From positions 86,055 through 150,054 of the IMG/VR virus record IMGVR_UViG_3300045988_131786: a stretch of DNA of 64,000 nt. The stretch is one strand, 5' to 3'. The stretch comes from a virus. Positions 27,741 to 38,411 of the stretch are shown here, piece by piece; within the stretch, counting starts at the first letter, position 1; each line of letters opens with the position of its first letter. Below the pieces are notes generated by a model. The model did no database searches, had not been told where the DNA came from, and saw only the letters and a list, made by a program, of their open reading frames with translations. The translations under genes were made by a program, and so were the position numbers.

Positions 27741-30700
27741 TTTCTTCTAAACCTTGATACCTTTCTGTTTTTAATAATAAATCTCCATTATCTTCTAATT
27801 TATCAATTTTGTATAATTGATGTCCGCCACTAGAAGCATACTTTTTAGCTACAAATTCATCTCCACTTCTTATGCCTTGTACTATAATCATATTTCCACG
27901 GTTAAACCAGCTCTTTTCTACTACGTGTTTAGCTCCATCTTCACCACGCTCAGATATCTGCTTATCAAAGAGAGAAAAATATTCCTTTCTAAATTTAACA
28001 CTAACAACTCCATCAGTTGTTAATAAAGATACAGTTCCTTTATCTTTATTTTTTGCAATACAAGTTCCGCAGATTTTAAATAATTTAAACATTTTAATTT
28101 CTTTGTTGCCTTTATAAAATACTTTATCTACTATTGGTTGTTCTGGTAAATCTTTAAAATTACTTAAACCATATTTACCCATATTAACATGCGCTAATTC
28201 ATGCTCATGATAATAAAAGCATAATGCTTTCATTTCCCAAGATGAATAATTTCCTTCTGCATAATTTTTCCAATCTGTATAAAAAATTCTTTCATTTAGG
28301 TTTTGTAGAATTTTTTCTTTATCACTCGCAATCCAATTTCTGAAAACATCCATTTCTTTATGATAAACTCGTTCCCAAGACTTTACATTTAATTTATTTC
28401 CATCCTCAATAAGTCCTTCTTTTTCAGTTTCTGTTAAGAAATCCATTGAACGTTCATCAAGAATAAAATAAGCTGCGGTTTTAGATGGTTTACACATAGC
28501 CTTTAAATATCTATTAAATTCATAGATTCTTCTAGCTAAAATTTTTTCATCTGTATCTTCTGGTAATAATCCATAATGAATTAATCCTGGAAGATTAGAT
28601 AAAGTAAGATTTTTCTTTTTATCACAAGTTTCCCATATAAACCAAGCCATTGCCAGTTTTCTTTCCATAAAAATATCAAAAGCTCCGCCTTTTATTAAAG
28701 AAATCATAGCCTGTTTATTTGGCTTAACTTTATAATAATAATCTTTTATTGATATATATGGACGATTTTGAATAGTTCTTTCAATCACATCATCACCAAC
28801 ATTCAACATAGCCTTTAAACCAAAAAGAATTTTATTATGTTTAATATCTGGTTTAAATCCAAAATCAGATGTATTAATATCAACTAAAGAAATTTTAGTA
28901 TCTGTCTGCATAATTTTACCAATAGCATTTGCAATCTTGGTATAATCTGTACTTCCATTAGCCTCAAGTTCTCCACTATCAGTAATAAGACAAGCTGTAT
29001 TCCATAAGATAGTTGGATAATGATAAGCTAAATTCATTTCCTGTAAAGCTACCAGTGAATAAGCTAAAGTATGAGACTGATTAAATCCATAACCCTTACT
29101 CATAGATACCAATACTTCCCATACATATTTTGCGAATCTAGAATCTATTCCTTTTTCTGCGGTTGTCTTATAAAATTCTTCAGTTAATTTATCAAATGCT
29201 GCAGGATTCTTTTTAGCAATAGATTTACGTAATCCATCCGCCCAGGTCAGAGAAAAACCACCAAGTTCTGGAAGCTGTACAAGTTCCATAAATTGTTCCT
29301 GCGCAATACATAAACCATAAGATGAATCAAGAATTGGCTCAAGGATTTCTTTTTCCTTTTTACCCAAACCCCATTTTGCAAGTTCTTTATCCCAAGCTGT
29401 AGGGTCATTCTTAAATCTTGCTAATTTGTCTGTTGGCATCTCTGTACTACCCTCTTGCGCCATAAGTCGAATGGTTGAGTTTAATACTGCTAAATCATCA
29501 ACTGAAGTTGGTTTTAAAGTTGTAATACCTTTAATACCACTTTGTTTTTCCATCTGAAACAATGAAAGAATTTTATGTTGCCAAATCATCTTCCACATTT
29601 CTTTAGAATCTCTATCTATTCTATAAATTCCAAGAACTTTTTCATAGGTTTCTTTTAATGTTGGCTCTGGAGTAACATATCCATCCTTAACTAATAAATC
29701 AAGGCAAACATGAATTTTATCTTCAGCTTCAACTGAAAGAGCATCATATTTAATTAATGATACATCCTCTGCATCATGCAAATCAAACTGCGTACAAATA
29801 GTTCCATCAGGCGCTCTCATAAGACCAGTAGAGTTTGTAAATGGTTCATCTACAAAAATAACTCCACCCGCATGAATACCAGATCCGCAAATTAATCCCT
29901 CAATCTTTTGCGCGACCTCCCACAATTCAGGATAATCGTCTCTCATGGCTTTAACAAAAGATGCTACTGGTTTCATATCTTTTTCTTCATCACCATAATA
30001 AACCTGCTTTAAAGTTCTTAATTGTCCTCTATCTGCGGGGATTAGACTTGCTAAATACTGAGCTTCATCAACATCAATTTTTAAACCTCTTGCCGCAGTT
30101 AAGATAGCCGCCTTACTTTTTTCTGTTCTGAAAGTTGTTACATTAGCTACTCTATCTTCACCATAAAACTCTCTAAATTTATTTAATACTGCTGCTCTTT
30201 TGGAACCCTCAATATCAAAGTCTACATCTAAGACAGATACACGTTCAGGATTAAGAAATCTCCAAGCAAAAGTTCTAGTTTTTTCTCTAAGTGGATTAAT
30301 CTGTGTAATTCCTAATACATAAAGAAGAATAAATCCAACACCAGAACCACGACCTGGTCCAACTAAAGAACCAGCTTCCCAACATAAATCAATAATCTGC
30401 TGAAGATTAAGATAATATGCTGACCAATGTGCTTTATTTACATTTGAAGAAATCCAAGTCATTTCAAGATTACTATTAATTTCATCATATGATTCTTGAT
30501 TTTGTAAATCTGAATGTTCTACAATACCATCAAGGATAGCTTTAACAAGTTCTCTATCACCTACAAAATCTGATTCATTAAATGTTTTTAACATTGGAAT
30601 CTTCTCTATCCAATCTGTAGTTAATTGAGAATAGTAAGTTTTCCATTTTAAGGAAGGAATCTTTAAAGGTTTTAAAATTGAATAATCTTCACATTTTTCC

Positions 30701-31581
30701 TTTATTTTCAATATATTTTCATATGCAGTATCTAACTCTTCTCTGGTTAAATCTAAATGCTCTTCAAGGTCATCTGTATCCATAAGATAAGTTGTTGCAT
30801 AAAAAGCATCTACTTCACGTTCCTTATCCTGAGAATTAAGATACGCTTTATGAATCTCTCTATCTTCTTTTTTAAGATAATGACTATCTGTTGTTATGAT
30901 ATATGGAATCTTTGTATGATTTGATAACTCAATTAACTTGCGGTTAACATAAGTTTGTTCTTTAGACGCAGAAGGTTGTAATTCTAAATAAAAATTACCC
31001 CTTCCAAATACAGATTCCATAAGATAACACCAATTAATAATTTTTAACCATAAGGCTTCTGAATCTGTTTGCTGATATTTTAAAATTTGAGTTGGCAACA
31101 TACCGCCAAGGCATGCAGAAGATCCAATTACATGACCTGGATTTTCTTTAATTATATCTAATAAATCTTGATAATATGTAGGAACTCTTCTTTGTCCACC
31201 CGCTATATAACTGCGATGCCATGCTCTTGTAGAGATTTCACAAATTTGCTGATAGCCAATTAAATCTTTCGCTAAAAGAATAAAGTGATAATATTTATCT
31301 TCACCTCTAACAAAATTAGTTTCATTTAATCCATCTCTACAAAGATAAATTTCATTACCCATTATTACTTTTAATGGGATATTTTTTTCTTTTATTTTTT
31401 TATATATTTTTTCTACCCTAACCGCAGATGCAATAGTTTCATGGTCAGTTATTGCAACAACAGAATGACCTAATTCAGCCGCTCGGTAAATTAGGTCTTC
31501 TTCATGAATAATACAGTCCAGTAAACGAAGATTTGACATCTGGGTATGATTATGTAATGATCCTGGATATAACATTCGCAC
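27733..31581 (-). CDS. dnaE: DNA polymerase III alpha subunit (DnaE-type replicative polymerase) with an N-terminal PHP domain
   Basis: PHP motif SLHNHTQMSNLRLLD at the N-terminus. The 1,282-aa size and conserved palm-region motifs are consistent with Pol III alpha. Confidence 0.8.
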   Translation of the reverse strand: MRMLYPGSLHNHTQMSNLRLLDCIIHEEDLIYRAAELGHSVVAITDHETIASAVRVEKIYKKIKEKNIPLKVIMGNEIYLCRDGLNETNFVRGEDKYYHFILLAKDLIGYQQICEISTRAWHRSYIAGGQRRVPTYYQDLLDIIKENPGHVIGSSACLGGMLPTQILKYQQTDSEALWLKIINWCYLMESVFGRGNFYLELQPSASKEQTYVNRKLIELSNHTKIPYIITTDSHYLKKEDREIHKAYLNSQDKEREVDAFYATTYLMDTDDLEEHLDLTREELDTAYENILKIKEKCEDYSILKPLKIPSLKWKTYYSQLTTDWIEKIPMLKTFNESDFVGDRELVKAILDGIVEHSDLQNQESYDEINSNLEMTWISSNVNKAHWSAYYLNLQQIIDLCWEAGSLVGPGRGSGVGFILLYVLGITQINPLREKTRTFAWRFLNPERVSVLDVDFDIEGSKRAAVLNKFREFYGEDRVANVTTFRTEKSKAAILTAARGLKIDVDEAQYLASLIPADRGQLRTLKQVYYGDEEKDMKPVASFVKAMRDDYPELWEVAQKIEGLICGSGIHAGGVIFVDEPFTNSTGLMRAPDGTICTQFDLHDAEDVSLIKYDALSVEAEDKIHVCLDLLVKDGYVTPEPTLKETYEKVLGIYRIDRDSKEMWKMIWQHKILSLFQMEKQSGIKGITTLKPTSVDDLAVLNSTIRLMAQEGSTEMPTDKLARFKNDPTAWDKELAKWGLGKKEKEILEPILDSSYGLCIAQEQFMELVQLPELGGFSLTWADGLRKSIAKKNPAAFDKLTEEFYKTTAEKGIDSRFAKYVWEVLVSMSKGYGFNQSHTLAYSLVALQEMNLAYHYPTILWNTACLITDSGELEANGSTDYTKIANAIGKIMQTDTKISLVDINTSDFGFKPDIKHNKILFGLKAMLNVGDDVIERTIQNRPYISIKDYYYKVKPNKQAMISLIKGGAFDIFMERKLAMAWFIWETCDKKKNLTLSNLPGLIHYGLLPEDTDEKILARRIYEFNRYLKAMCKPSKTAAYFILDERSMDFLTETEKEGLIEDGNKLNVKSWERVYHKEMDVFRNWIASDKEKILQNLNERIFYTDWKNYAEGNYSSWEMKALCFYYHEHELAHVNMGKYGLSNFKDLPEQPIVDKVFYKGNKEIKMFKLFKICGTCIAKNKDKGTVSLLTTDGVVSVKFRKEYFSLFDKQISERGEDGAKHVVEKSWFNRGNMIIVQGIRSGDEFVAKKYASSGGHQLYKIDKLEDNGDLLLKTERYQGLEENE

Positions 31582-31642
31582 TTTATCCTTTACTTCATAA
31601 TAATTCTTCTTTTACTTATATATATTACTAAATTTTTTAATA

Positions 31643-32269
31643 TTAATCAATTAAAGTATATTTGCGGCCGGTTATTTCTTCATAAATACCAACCCATGTA
31701 TAAAATAAAGGCTGATACATACGAGGAACCCATTCAAAAGACTGACATATAATTAATATATCAGTATTTTTAGCCAAATCAATTAAAGAATAATCTTTAA
31801 GTAAATGATCTTCAACATTATAAATTTCAGCGGCTTCATCAGGTAAAACATCTGATAGTGGATTTGATACCCAATCATAGTGATTGATTACTTTAGTATC
31901 AAAAAGTTTTTTTACCCAATTCCCGCACTGTGATTTTCCTACTATTGGTTTTGTCCAATCTTCGATTTCATAGCCTATATCGTGATGATGATCAATATTA
32001 ACAAGGTTTGCATCTCTATATTTACTAACTAATGGAACAATTTGCTCATGTGAACGAATAAATTGAATTTTGTCTTGCGGCAATGCTTTTATAACATCTA
32101 CAATATATCTGGTAAGATACTCATAAATGTTTAAATCTGCGGGAACATTGCTTAAAAATGGATAGTCTTCAATTATACTATCCACTTTAAAATCTTCATT
32201 AACTGCATTATTATATACTCCAATGCTTGGTCCCATAATAATATCAAAGTCTATTGTAACTATATTCAT
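31643..32269 (-). CDS. Hypothetical protein with a His-rich motif (NIDHHHDIGYEIEDW)
   Basis: 208-aa ORF. The metal-binding-like HHHD cluster has no family assigned. Confidence 0.35.
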   Translation of the reverse strand: MNIVTIDFDIIMGPSIGVYNNAVNEDFKVDSIIEDYPFLSNVPADLNIYEYLTRYIVDVIKALPQDKIQFIRSHEQIVPLVSKYRDANLVNIDHHHDIGYEIEDWTKPIVGKSQCGNWVKKLFDTKVINHYDWVSNPLSDVLPDEAAEIYNVEDHLLKDYSLIDLAKNTDILIICQSFEWVPRMYQPLFYTWVGIYEEITGRKYTLID

Positions 32270-32277
32270 ATTTTCTC

Positions 32278-33474
32278 CTAATCTGCAAGTACTACAAGTT
32301 TAACTCCAGCTCTTGTACAAGCTGTATACATAGCTGAACGATGTTCAGCTTTATCAAATGGAAATCCTTCTTCAAGTGCTAATACTTTGGGCCACTCACT
32401 ACCTTGGGCTTTCCAAAAAGTTAAAGCATATCCATATGTGAGTTCTTCTGGAACCATGTCTTTATATTTTGTTTTATTTATTTTATATTTCATTTTATTA
32501 TCTAAGATAGGAATACCAGTAGTAATACATTGTTCATCGCAATGTAATGCATCAAAAATATCACCATAATCTGTAATAAAAGTTCCCTTTAAATAACCAA
32601 CTCTATTTTCTGGAATACCAAAAGAATTAAAACGTTCAGGTAAATAAAATGCTTTATAATCAAAATCATTTAAGGTTCCAACGCATCCATTAGTCAAATA
32701 ACCACCTTTGTCTGACATAATATCCCAATTATTTCTAAGAACAATAAGTTTTTCGCCTTCCTCTATTGGCTTTGTATAACCTTTTAGTTGTCTTGCTATT
32801 TGATTAAGCTGATTACGAGTTCTATTTGTAGCACATAATGTTTGGTCTGCCCAAGTAATCATTGTTGGATCAAAATCTTTTTTAGGTAAAACTATTGCAT
32901 CATCTGATTTAAAACCACTAATAGATTCACCATTACGTATTCGCATACTTAAACGAATAATACCACTTTCTTGCGCTTGTCGCATAATCTCATTAAGAAA
33001 TATATGTGGTGCATATAAAAGATTATTATTCTGACTTTTCTCGATTGGTGGAAGCTGACCTGGATCGCCGCAAAAAATAACATAAACAGGATAACTTAAA
33101 AGCAATTTTGTCATATCCATTGGGAGCATAGAACATTCATCTACAACAACTACTTTTGCATCTATTGATTCTACTGGTTCTCTTGTAAATTTTCCATTAG
33201 GCAAAGGTTTAGTTTTATATAATAATTTATGTGCGGTTTTACAATTAGGATTTCCTTTTTGACGTAAAACTTCTGCAGCTTTACCTGTATAAGCACAATA
33301 AGCTACATCTAATTCTGGATCAACTCCATAAGAAGAAAGAGCTGAAATAATAAATCTAATAAGAGTTGACTTTCCGGACCCCGCGTACCCAGATATTACG
33401 GTACATTTCTCTCCGTCAAGGTATCTTTGAACTGCGATTTTAAGTCCTTGTTCTTGTCGTAATGTAAGTTCCAT
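32278..33474 (-). CDS. SF1B Dda/RecD-like DNA helicase
   Basis: Walker A GYAGSGKSTLI; motif II VVVDECSML; C-terminal RecD-like domain. Confidence 0.65.
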   Translation of the reverse strand: MELTLRQEQGLKIAVQRYLDGEKCTVISGYAGSGKSTLIRFIISALSSYGVDPELDVAYCAYTGKAAEVLRQKGNPNCKTAHKLLYKTKPLPNGKFTREPVESIDAKVVVVDECSMLPMDMTKLLLSYPVYVIFCGDPGQLPPIEKSQNNNLLYAPHIFLNEIMRQAQESGIIRLSMRIRNGESISGFKSDDAIVLPKKDFDPTMITWADQTLCATNRTRNQLNQIARQLKGYTKPIEEGEKLIVLRNNWDIMSDKGGYLTNGCVGTLNDFDYKAFYLPERFNSFGIPENRVGYLKGTFITDYGDIFDALHCDEQCITTGIPILDNKMKYKINKTKYKDMVPEELTYGYALTFWKAQGSEWPKVLALEEGFPFDKAEHRSAMYTACTRAGVKLVVLAD

Positions 33475-33785
33475 TAGAGAATCTCAACCACCTTTCCGTA
33501 GATACTGCGTTTTGTAATCCAACCATTTATATGCCCATGATTATTTGAGATTTGAAATTGATTATTATTTCTAATAGCTGTTATTTTGTGTAAATAAAAA
33601 TGTCCATTCACTTTGCAAAATACAATATCATTTTTCTTTAATTCTACATTGTCTGCGGGAATAACTCTTACCGGCTGCCCTGACTTCAGAATTGGGGTCA
33701 TAGATTGGCCAAACCCTGTAACAATGCACTCTTCACCCTTTTGGAGATGAATAGCTGTAATTAAATTTTCTTTTCCCTTATACAT
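33474..33785 (-). CDS. S24-like (LexA/UmuD C-terminal domain-like) peptidase fold protein
   Basis: GQSMTP Ser motif and a downstream Lys (VFCKVNGHFYLHKI), in about 100 aa. Confidence 0.4.
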   Translation of the reverse strand: MYKGKENLITAIHLQKGEECIVTGFGQSMTPILKSGQPVRVIPADNVELKKNDIVFCKVNGHFYLHKITAIRNNNQFQISNNHGHINGWITKRSIYGKVVEIL

Positions 33786-34165
33786 TAGTCGTGTTCTCCC
33801 AATAAATCATCTAAAATTTGGCAAAACCGCATAAAGTCTCTTTCCGCACGTTTATCCGCCCTTTCTTTTGCTGTATATGGATCTTTACCGTTTTTTCTAG
33901 CTTCAATCGCTTCAAGCTCAGCCTGTTTATATCTAGCTTCCTTAAAACGAAAAACTAAACTATCATAACCATAACCTTTTACTCTTTTTTCATCTTTTAT
34001 CTCAGTCTTTTTAGCTGCTTCCTCTTTTTCTCTTTTTGCATCTTCTTCCTTAGAAACTCTAATTAAGTCTGTAAGGTATGCAGCCACAATACTCATCGTC
34101 ATACTTGTTTTTGATTTTTCTTCTGCTCTACTTTTATATAACTCTAATTGTCCTGTTCTAATCAT
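33785..34165 (-). CDS. Hypothetical charged protein
   Basis: ORF. Confidence 0.35.
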   Translation of the reverse strand: MIRTGQLELYKSRAEEKSKTSMTMSIVAAYLTDLIRVSKEEDAKREKEEAAKKTEIKDEKRVKGYGYDSLVFRFKEARYKQAELEAIEARKNGKDPYTAKERADKRAERDFMRFCQILDDLLGEHD

Positions 34166-34224
34166 ATTTTTTACCTCTTTTATTTTTATACATTATTATT
34201 ATACTATATTATTATAATAAAATA

Positions 34225-34262
34225 AAGACAAGCTATACTTAACTTGCCTTTATTTTTTAAGG
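34225..34262 (-). terminator. Probable bidirectional rho-independent terminator downstream of the RecJ-like gene
   Basis: aagacaag...cttgcctt stem with T/A runs on both sides. Confidence 0.4.
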
Positions 34263-34362
34263 AAAAGATTAAAAATCCAAAAATTGGATTAAAAAATTCT
34301 AAATCACTTTTTTAATTTGGGTTTGCGGTTAAAGCATCTGCCACCGGCACGAGTCTAGATAA

Positions 34363-36156
34363 TTAAAAATAATATTCAGTGCTTCCAACTATTTGATAGT
34401 CTTCAATTAAAATTTGAGGAGTGACTTCTCCGCCCCAAGCATTTTTTGCACATTTACCAACCAAATCAATTTTTACACTTCCGTTTTCAGAACGTAAAGC
34501 TTCATACTCTTCTTCAGAAGCTTTAAATTTCATTATGTCAACTCCGCAAGGCAATTTAATTCTAATCGTTGGATTTTTGTCTTTTGATAAAAGCTGAATG
34601 TTATCTTTAGTAATATTTAATCCTTTAATACCAACATATGCTCTATCAAAATCTTGCCCCCACAAATCATTAAATCCAGATATATCTAAAATTCTTTGTT
34701 TATCTCGTGGAGTTAAATTTTTTTCAAATAAATAATCAACCTTATAAATTGGATTACTTGAATACTGTGAAAGTAATTCATCAGACTGTTCAATAAAAGT
34801 GTCTATTTTACTAGCATCAAGTGAACATCCTGCCGCGTTTTGATGACCTTGAACCCAATTAACACCATCACATTGTTCAAGTGCCGCTTTAAAATCCATT
34901 AGCCCATTCTTAGTATAACCTCTCATGGAACCTTCATAAGTACCATGGTCAGTTTTTGTAAGTACCATACAAGGTCTTTGATATTTAGCCATATGTTTAT
35001 TTGCAACTAGACCTCTTATGGTTCCTTCTACTTCTTTACTTTCCAAAAGAAAAGTAAGTATCTTATGATTAAGTAGATTTTCCTCTTTAATCTTCTTATC
35101 AAGAAATAACATTGCATTATCTTCTAGGCGGGTTTGTCTATTTTTAATATTTCCAATTACTCGCACAGCTTGTAAGACTAAATCTTCTTGTTTACCTGTT
35201 TCTTTACCTCTTTTTATTTCTGGAATTTTTTTATGAGCTTTATATTCAAGCATTGAATCAAAAATTAAATGTTTTTCATTTAATTCACCTGTTCTAGTTG
35301 TGGCATTTATAAAAGGAACTATAAAGAAAGCTGCTCCTATATCTGTACAAGCTTGAGTTTCATATGCACTAGCATAATCTGTTTTTCCTAATGGAAAACC
35401 ATTTTTGTCTAACATATATTCAATAAAAGGATTATGAATATTATCTTCATTTAAACCTTTCATAATGATATGCTTAGTTTCAAATGAATGTAAACTCATC
35501 ATATCACCAATATTAGCTAAAGCCACAAGGTCAAGTAATTGATTTGCATAGTTAGTATTTAAAATAGAGTCAATATATCGACAAAATTGCCAAGTAACAC
35601 CAGCCCCGCAAAATTCTTTATTTGGATAATCAGAAAGTTGATTATTAATTATAATAGCATCTTCGCTTATTTTATCAGCCAAGTGATGGTCTAAACAAAT
35701 AACTGCTATATCTTTATCTTTTAATATTTTATGATACTCATAATCATTACTTCCCGCATCTGGTAATAATACTAATTTATATTCTGATTTTGCAAATTTA
35801 TCATAACAATCTTCTAGTCCATGTTGTTTGCCCGAATGCATAAAATAATCTAAATTATTTTCAACCCAAGTAGGAAAAAAATAATGAAGATAATTAATAA
35901 GAATCGCCGCACTACAATATCCATCACAATCACAATCTACTACAATTACAGCTTTTTGTTTATTAGCTACCGTTGTAATTATATAAGATAAAGCTTGATA
36001 TAAATTATTTTTACCTAAAAGAGTAAAATCATTAATATCATCATCTGTTGTATTAAGATAATGATAAAACTCTTCTGGCGGAATTCCTCGATTTAATAAA
36101 ATCTGTTCAATAGTAGAATATTGTTCTTGTACACTATTTAATAATTCTAATCTCAT
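34363..36156 (-). CDS. RecJ-like DHH-family single-strand DNA exonuclease
   Basis: DHH motifs VVDCDCDGYCSA and ICLDHHLAD; 597 aa. Confidence 0.65.
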   Translation of the reverse strand: MRLELLNSVQEQYSTIEQILLNRGIPPEEFYHYLNTTDDDINDFTLLGKNNLYQALSYIITTVANKQKAVIVVDCDCDGYCSAAILINYLHYFFPTWVENNLDYFMHSGKQHGLEDCYDKFAKSEYKLVLLPDAGSNDYEYHKILKDKDIAVICLDHHLADKISEDAIIINNQLSDYPNKEFCGAGVTWQFCRYIDSILNTNYANQLLDLVALANIGDMMSLHSFETKHIIMKGLNEDNIHNPFIEYMLDKNGFPLGKTDYASAYETQACTDIGAAFFIVPFINATTRTGELNEKHLIFDSMLEYKAHKKIPEIKRGKETGKQEDLVLQAVRVIGNIKNRQTRLEDNAMLFLDKKIKEENLLNHKILTFLLESKEVEGTIRGLVANKHMAKYQRPCMVLTKTDHGTYEGSMRGYTKNGLMDFKAALEQCDGVNWVQGHQNAAGCSLDASKIDTFIEQSDELLSQYSSNPIYKVDYLFEKNLTPRDKQRILDISGFNDLWGQDFDRAYVGIKGLNITKDNIQLLSKDKNPTIRIKLPCGVDIMKFKASEEEYEALRSENGSVKIDLVGKCAKNAWGGEVTPQILIEDYQIVGSTEYYF

Positions 36157-36184
36157 AAGTTAAATAACTCCTTTCATCTTTCTA

Positions 36185-36484
36185 TCACTCTCCTTTATCA
36201 AAATCAATTTTATTTACTGAGCTGACTTCTTTTCCATACCCAGCTTTTTCATCAAGAGATTTTTTCATTTGATTTAGCATATCTACAAATTCATTAAACT
36301 CCCAATAATCTTGGAAAATAAAACTAATCATATTTGCATCAATTATATCTAATGCATCTTTATGTTCCCGAGAAAATTTACATTTAGCCCAATATCTGTC
36401 TCCATGAATAGGTACTTCTATATTAAAACCCGCATAATCTCTTAATGGATATTTATCAAGGTTAAAAGGCTCATCTACTATCAT
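36185..36484 (-). CDS. Hypothetical protein
   Basis: ORF. Confidence 0.35.
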   Translation of the reverse strand: MIVDEPFNLDKYPLRDYAGFNIEVPIHGDRYWAKCKFSREHKDALDIIDANMISFIFQDYWEFNEFVDMLNQMKKSLDEKAGYGKEVSSVNKIDFDKGE

Positions 36485-37593
36485 AATAAAATCCTTTCTT
36501 TAAATAATGTAAGAAACTTTTCTTTTCCTTCATCTATTGGAGCATCTTTATACCTAGTTATCATTTCTTTGTCGAAAATAAAAGAAATATTTACATAATT
36601 ACTATATTTTGAATGAAGTTTTAAAAGATTCTTTTTAAGATGTTGAAATTCTGCATCTCCTATTTCTTGGAACTGTCTATCAAAAGCTACTATAATTTCT
36701 TCTACACTTGCGCGCAATAGCATTTCTATCTGATAATTAGAAATATTAGAACCACAACAAGCTACTGAAATATCATTATCTATACCAAAATAACTTTTAT
36801 ATTTTAAGCAAGATTTTTCCGATTCAAACACAATTACTTTCCGAATTTTTGAGATATTTTCTTTAATATAATAGTAATTATATAAATTCATTCCAAGAGG
36901 GTGATTATACATTATCTGATTAATTCTAAGTGGTCTATATTTTCCATATAATTCCGCTTCCTCTTTAATCATTGTTCTTCCACGAATTCCTACAAGTCTA
37001 CCAGTTTCATCAACATGCGGAATTGTGATTTGCGCCCCTCCTGGATAATAACCAATACGCATAAAATCTAATACTTCTTGACTTATATCTTCATCAATCC
37101 AAGGCTTTAAAATTACATCATAATTAAATCTGTCTAAGATTTGTTTATTATATTCTTTAAGAGTAATTATTCCTTGCTTTTTTGGTTCAATACTTTCTAT
37201 TCTTTCATATCCAGAAAAGATTTTAAAATCTTCGCTGTTAATTAATTCTTCTTGTTCTTGAACATATTCTCCAGAAAATCCAAAATAAGAAGCAACCCAT
37301 CGAACTGCATCATTTAAGTCAATATCTATATCTTTTTGGATTTTATTAACTTTTCTACACAATTCAAATACATCAAAAAAAGATTCCGCACATCCAGTAT
37401 AACAAATAAATAAACCACTATTTTCATAAAAATAAAGTTTTCTACTTCCTATACCTGGTGGATTATGACATATTGTAGAAGAAATGATGCCGAAGTTTGT
37501 ATACTCCGGCTCACCTCCCCATAATTGAAGTAAAGCAAAAATATGTTCAATTTGTAAATGTTCACGTATTTCTACTTTATCATAATTAATCAT
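36481..37593 (-). CDS. DnaG-like DNA primase (CHC2 zinc finger plus Toprim-like region)
   Basis: CHNPPGIGSRKLYFYENSGLFICYTGC matches the CHC2 zinc-finger pattern. Acidic Toprim-like segment VIVFESEKS. Confidence 0.5.
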   Translation of the reverse strand: MINYDKVEIREHLQIEHIFALLQLWGGEPEYTNFGIISSTICHNPPGIGSRKLYFYENSGLFICYTGCAESFFDVFELCRKVNKIQKDIDIDLNDAVRWVASYFGFSGEYVQEQEELINSEDFKIFSGYERIESIEPKKQGIITLKEYNKQILDRFNYDVILKPWIDEDISQEVLDFMRIGYYPGGAQITIPHVDETGRLVGIRGRTMIKEEAELYGKYRPLRINQIMYNHPLGMNLYNYYYIKENISKIRKVIVFESEKSCLKYKSYFGIDNDISVACCGSNISNYQIEMLLRASVEEIIVAFDRQFQEIGDAEFQHLKKNLLKLHSKYSNYVNISFIFDKEMITRYKDAPIDEGKEKFLTLFKERILL

Positions 37594-37594
37594 A

Positions 37595-37888
37595 TTAAAC
37601 TACATGTACATTTACACATGTTCCCATAAGACCATGAAATTCATTTACACAATAACAAAGATACTGATATTTAGACATTTTCTTTTCCTGCGGAGTTCCA
37701 TGAGCCTTTCTATCAGCTAAATAATCGTTTGCCATAACAAGTGGCATATTATATTCAAATGGTCTAATCAACATACCAGAAGTAGCTTCAACTTTTCGTT
37801 TTGCATCAGCTTTAGTATTTACTTTAACTTTATCATTTCCGTTATTAGTTCTTTTTACTTTTCCTTTAAAATTTCTTTTTTCTGCCAT
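37595..37888 (-). CDS. Hypothetical basic protein
   Basis: ORF. Confidence 0.35.
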   Translation of the reverse strand: MAEKRNFKGKVKRTNNGNDKVKVNTKADAKRKVEATSGMLIRPFEYNMPLVMANDYLADRKAHGTPQEKKMSKYQYLCYCVNEFHGLMGTCVNVHVV

Positions 37889-37903
37889 ATTATATATTCT
37901 CCT

Positions 37904-38411
37904 TTATTCTTCAAATGTCATCATTTTATCATCATCTAAAACATTGATAGAGACATTATCTATTTCTATTATATCATAATTATAAGTTGTAGCAAACATA
38001 GGTTCAATTCTACAAGTTCCTAAATCTGCTTTACAAAATAGGTAAATTCCTTTATACCTTCCTCGTCTATTTTTATATATTGATAATTTAATTGTTGGCG
38101 TATCAAAAGCATTTGTTGCTAAAATACTTTGAAGAGCTTCTAAATCTCTAGTTGTGACGCTAAGTAAAATACTACCATAATCAATTTTATCTGCGATTGA
38201 TTTTGCTCCACGAAGTAAATTCTGGTCAGGTGTTTCTGAATCTTTATAAGTCCCATTTAACTGAGTCGCAGACATAATAAAGATACCATATTGATTACAT
38301 AAATCTTTTAAGCGATTAGATAACATAAAAAGAATATTATCTTCTCTAAGTTTTACCCCACCGGAGCGTTTAGTTATCTCTTCAAGAATCTTTAGGCTAG
38401 TATGTATATAA
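37904..38411 (-). CDS. DnaB-like replicative helicase, exon 2 (C-terminal part). The upstream boundary is approximate.
   Basis: ...LSNRLKDLCNQYGIFIMSATQLNGTYKDSETPDQNLLRGAKSIADKIDYGSILL matches the DnaB region [29 protein letters not shown]...ADLIM. The in-frame extension upstream of the annotated Met (…HDYIHTSLKILEEITKRSGGVKLREDNILFM) continues the DnaB alignment. Confidence 0.6.
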
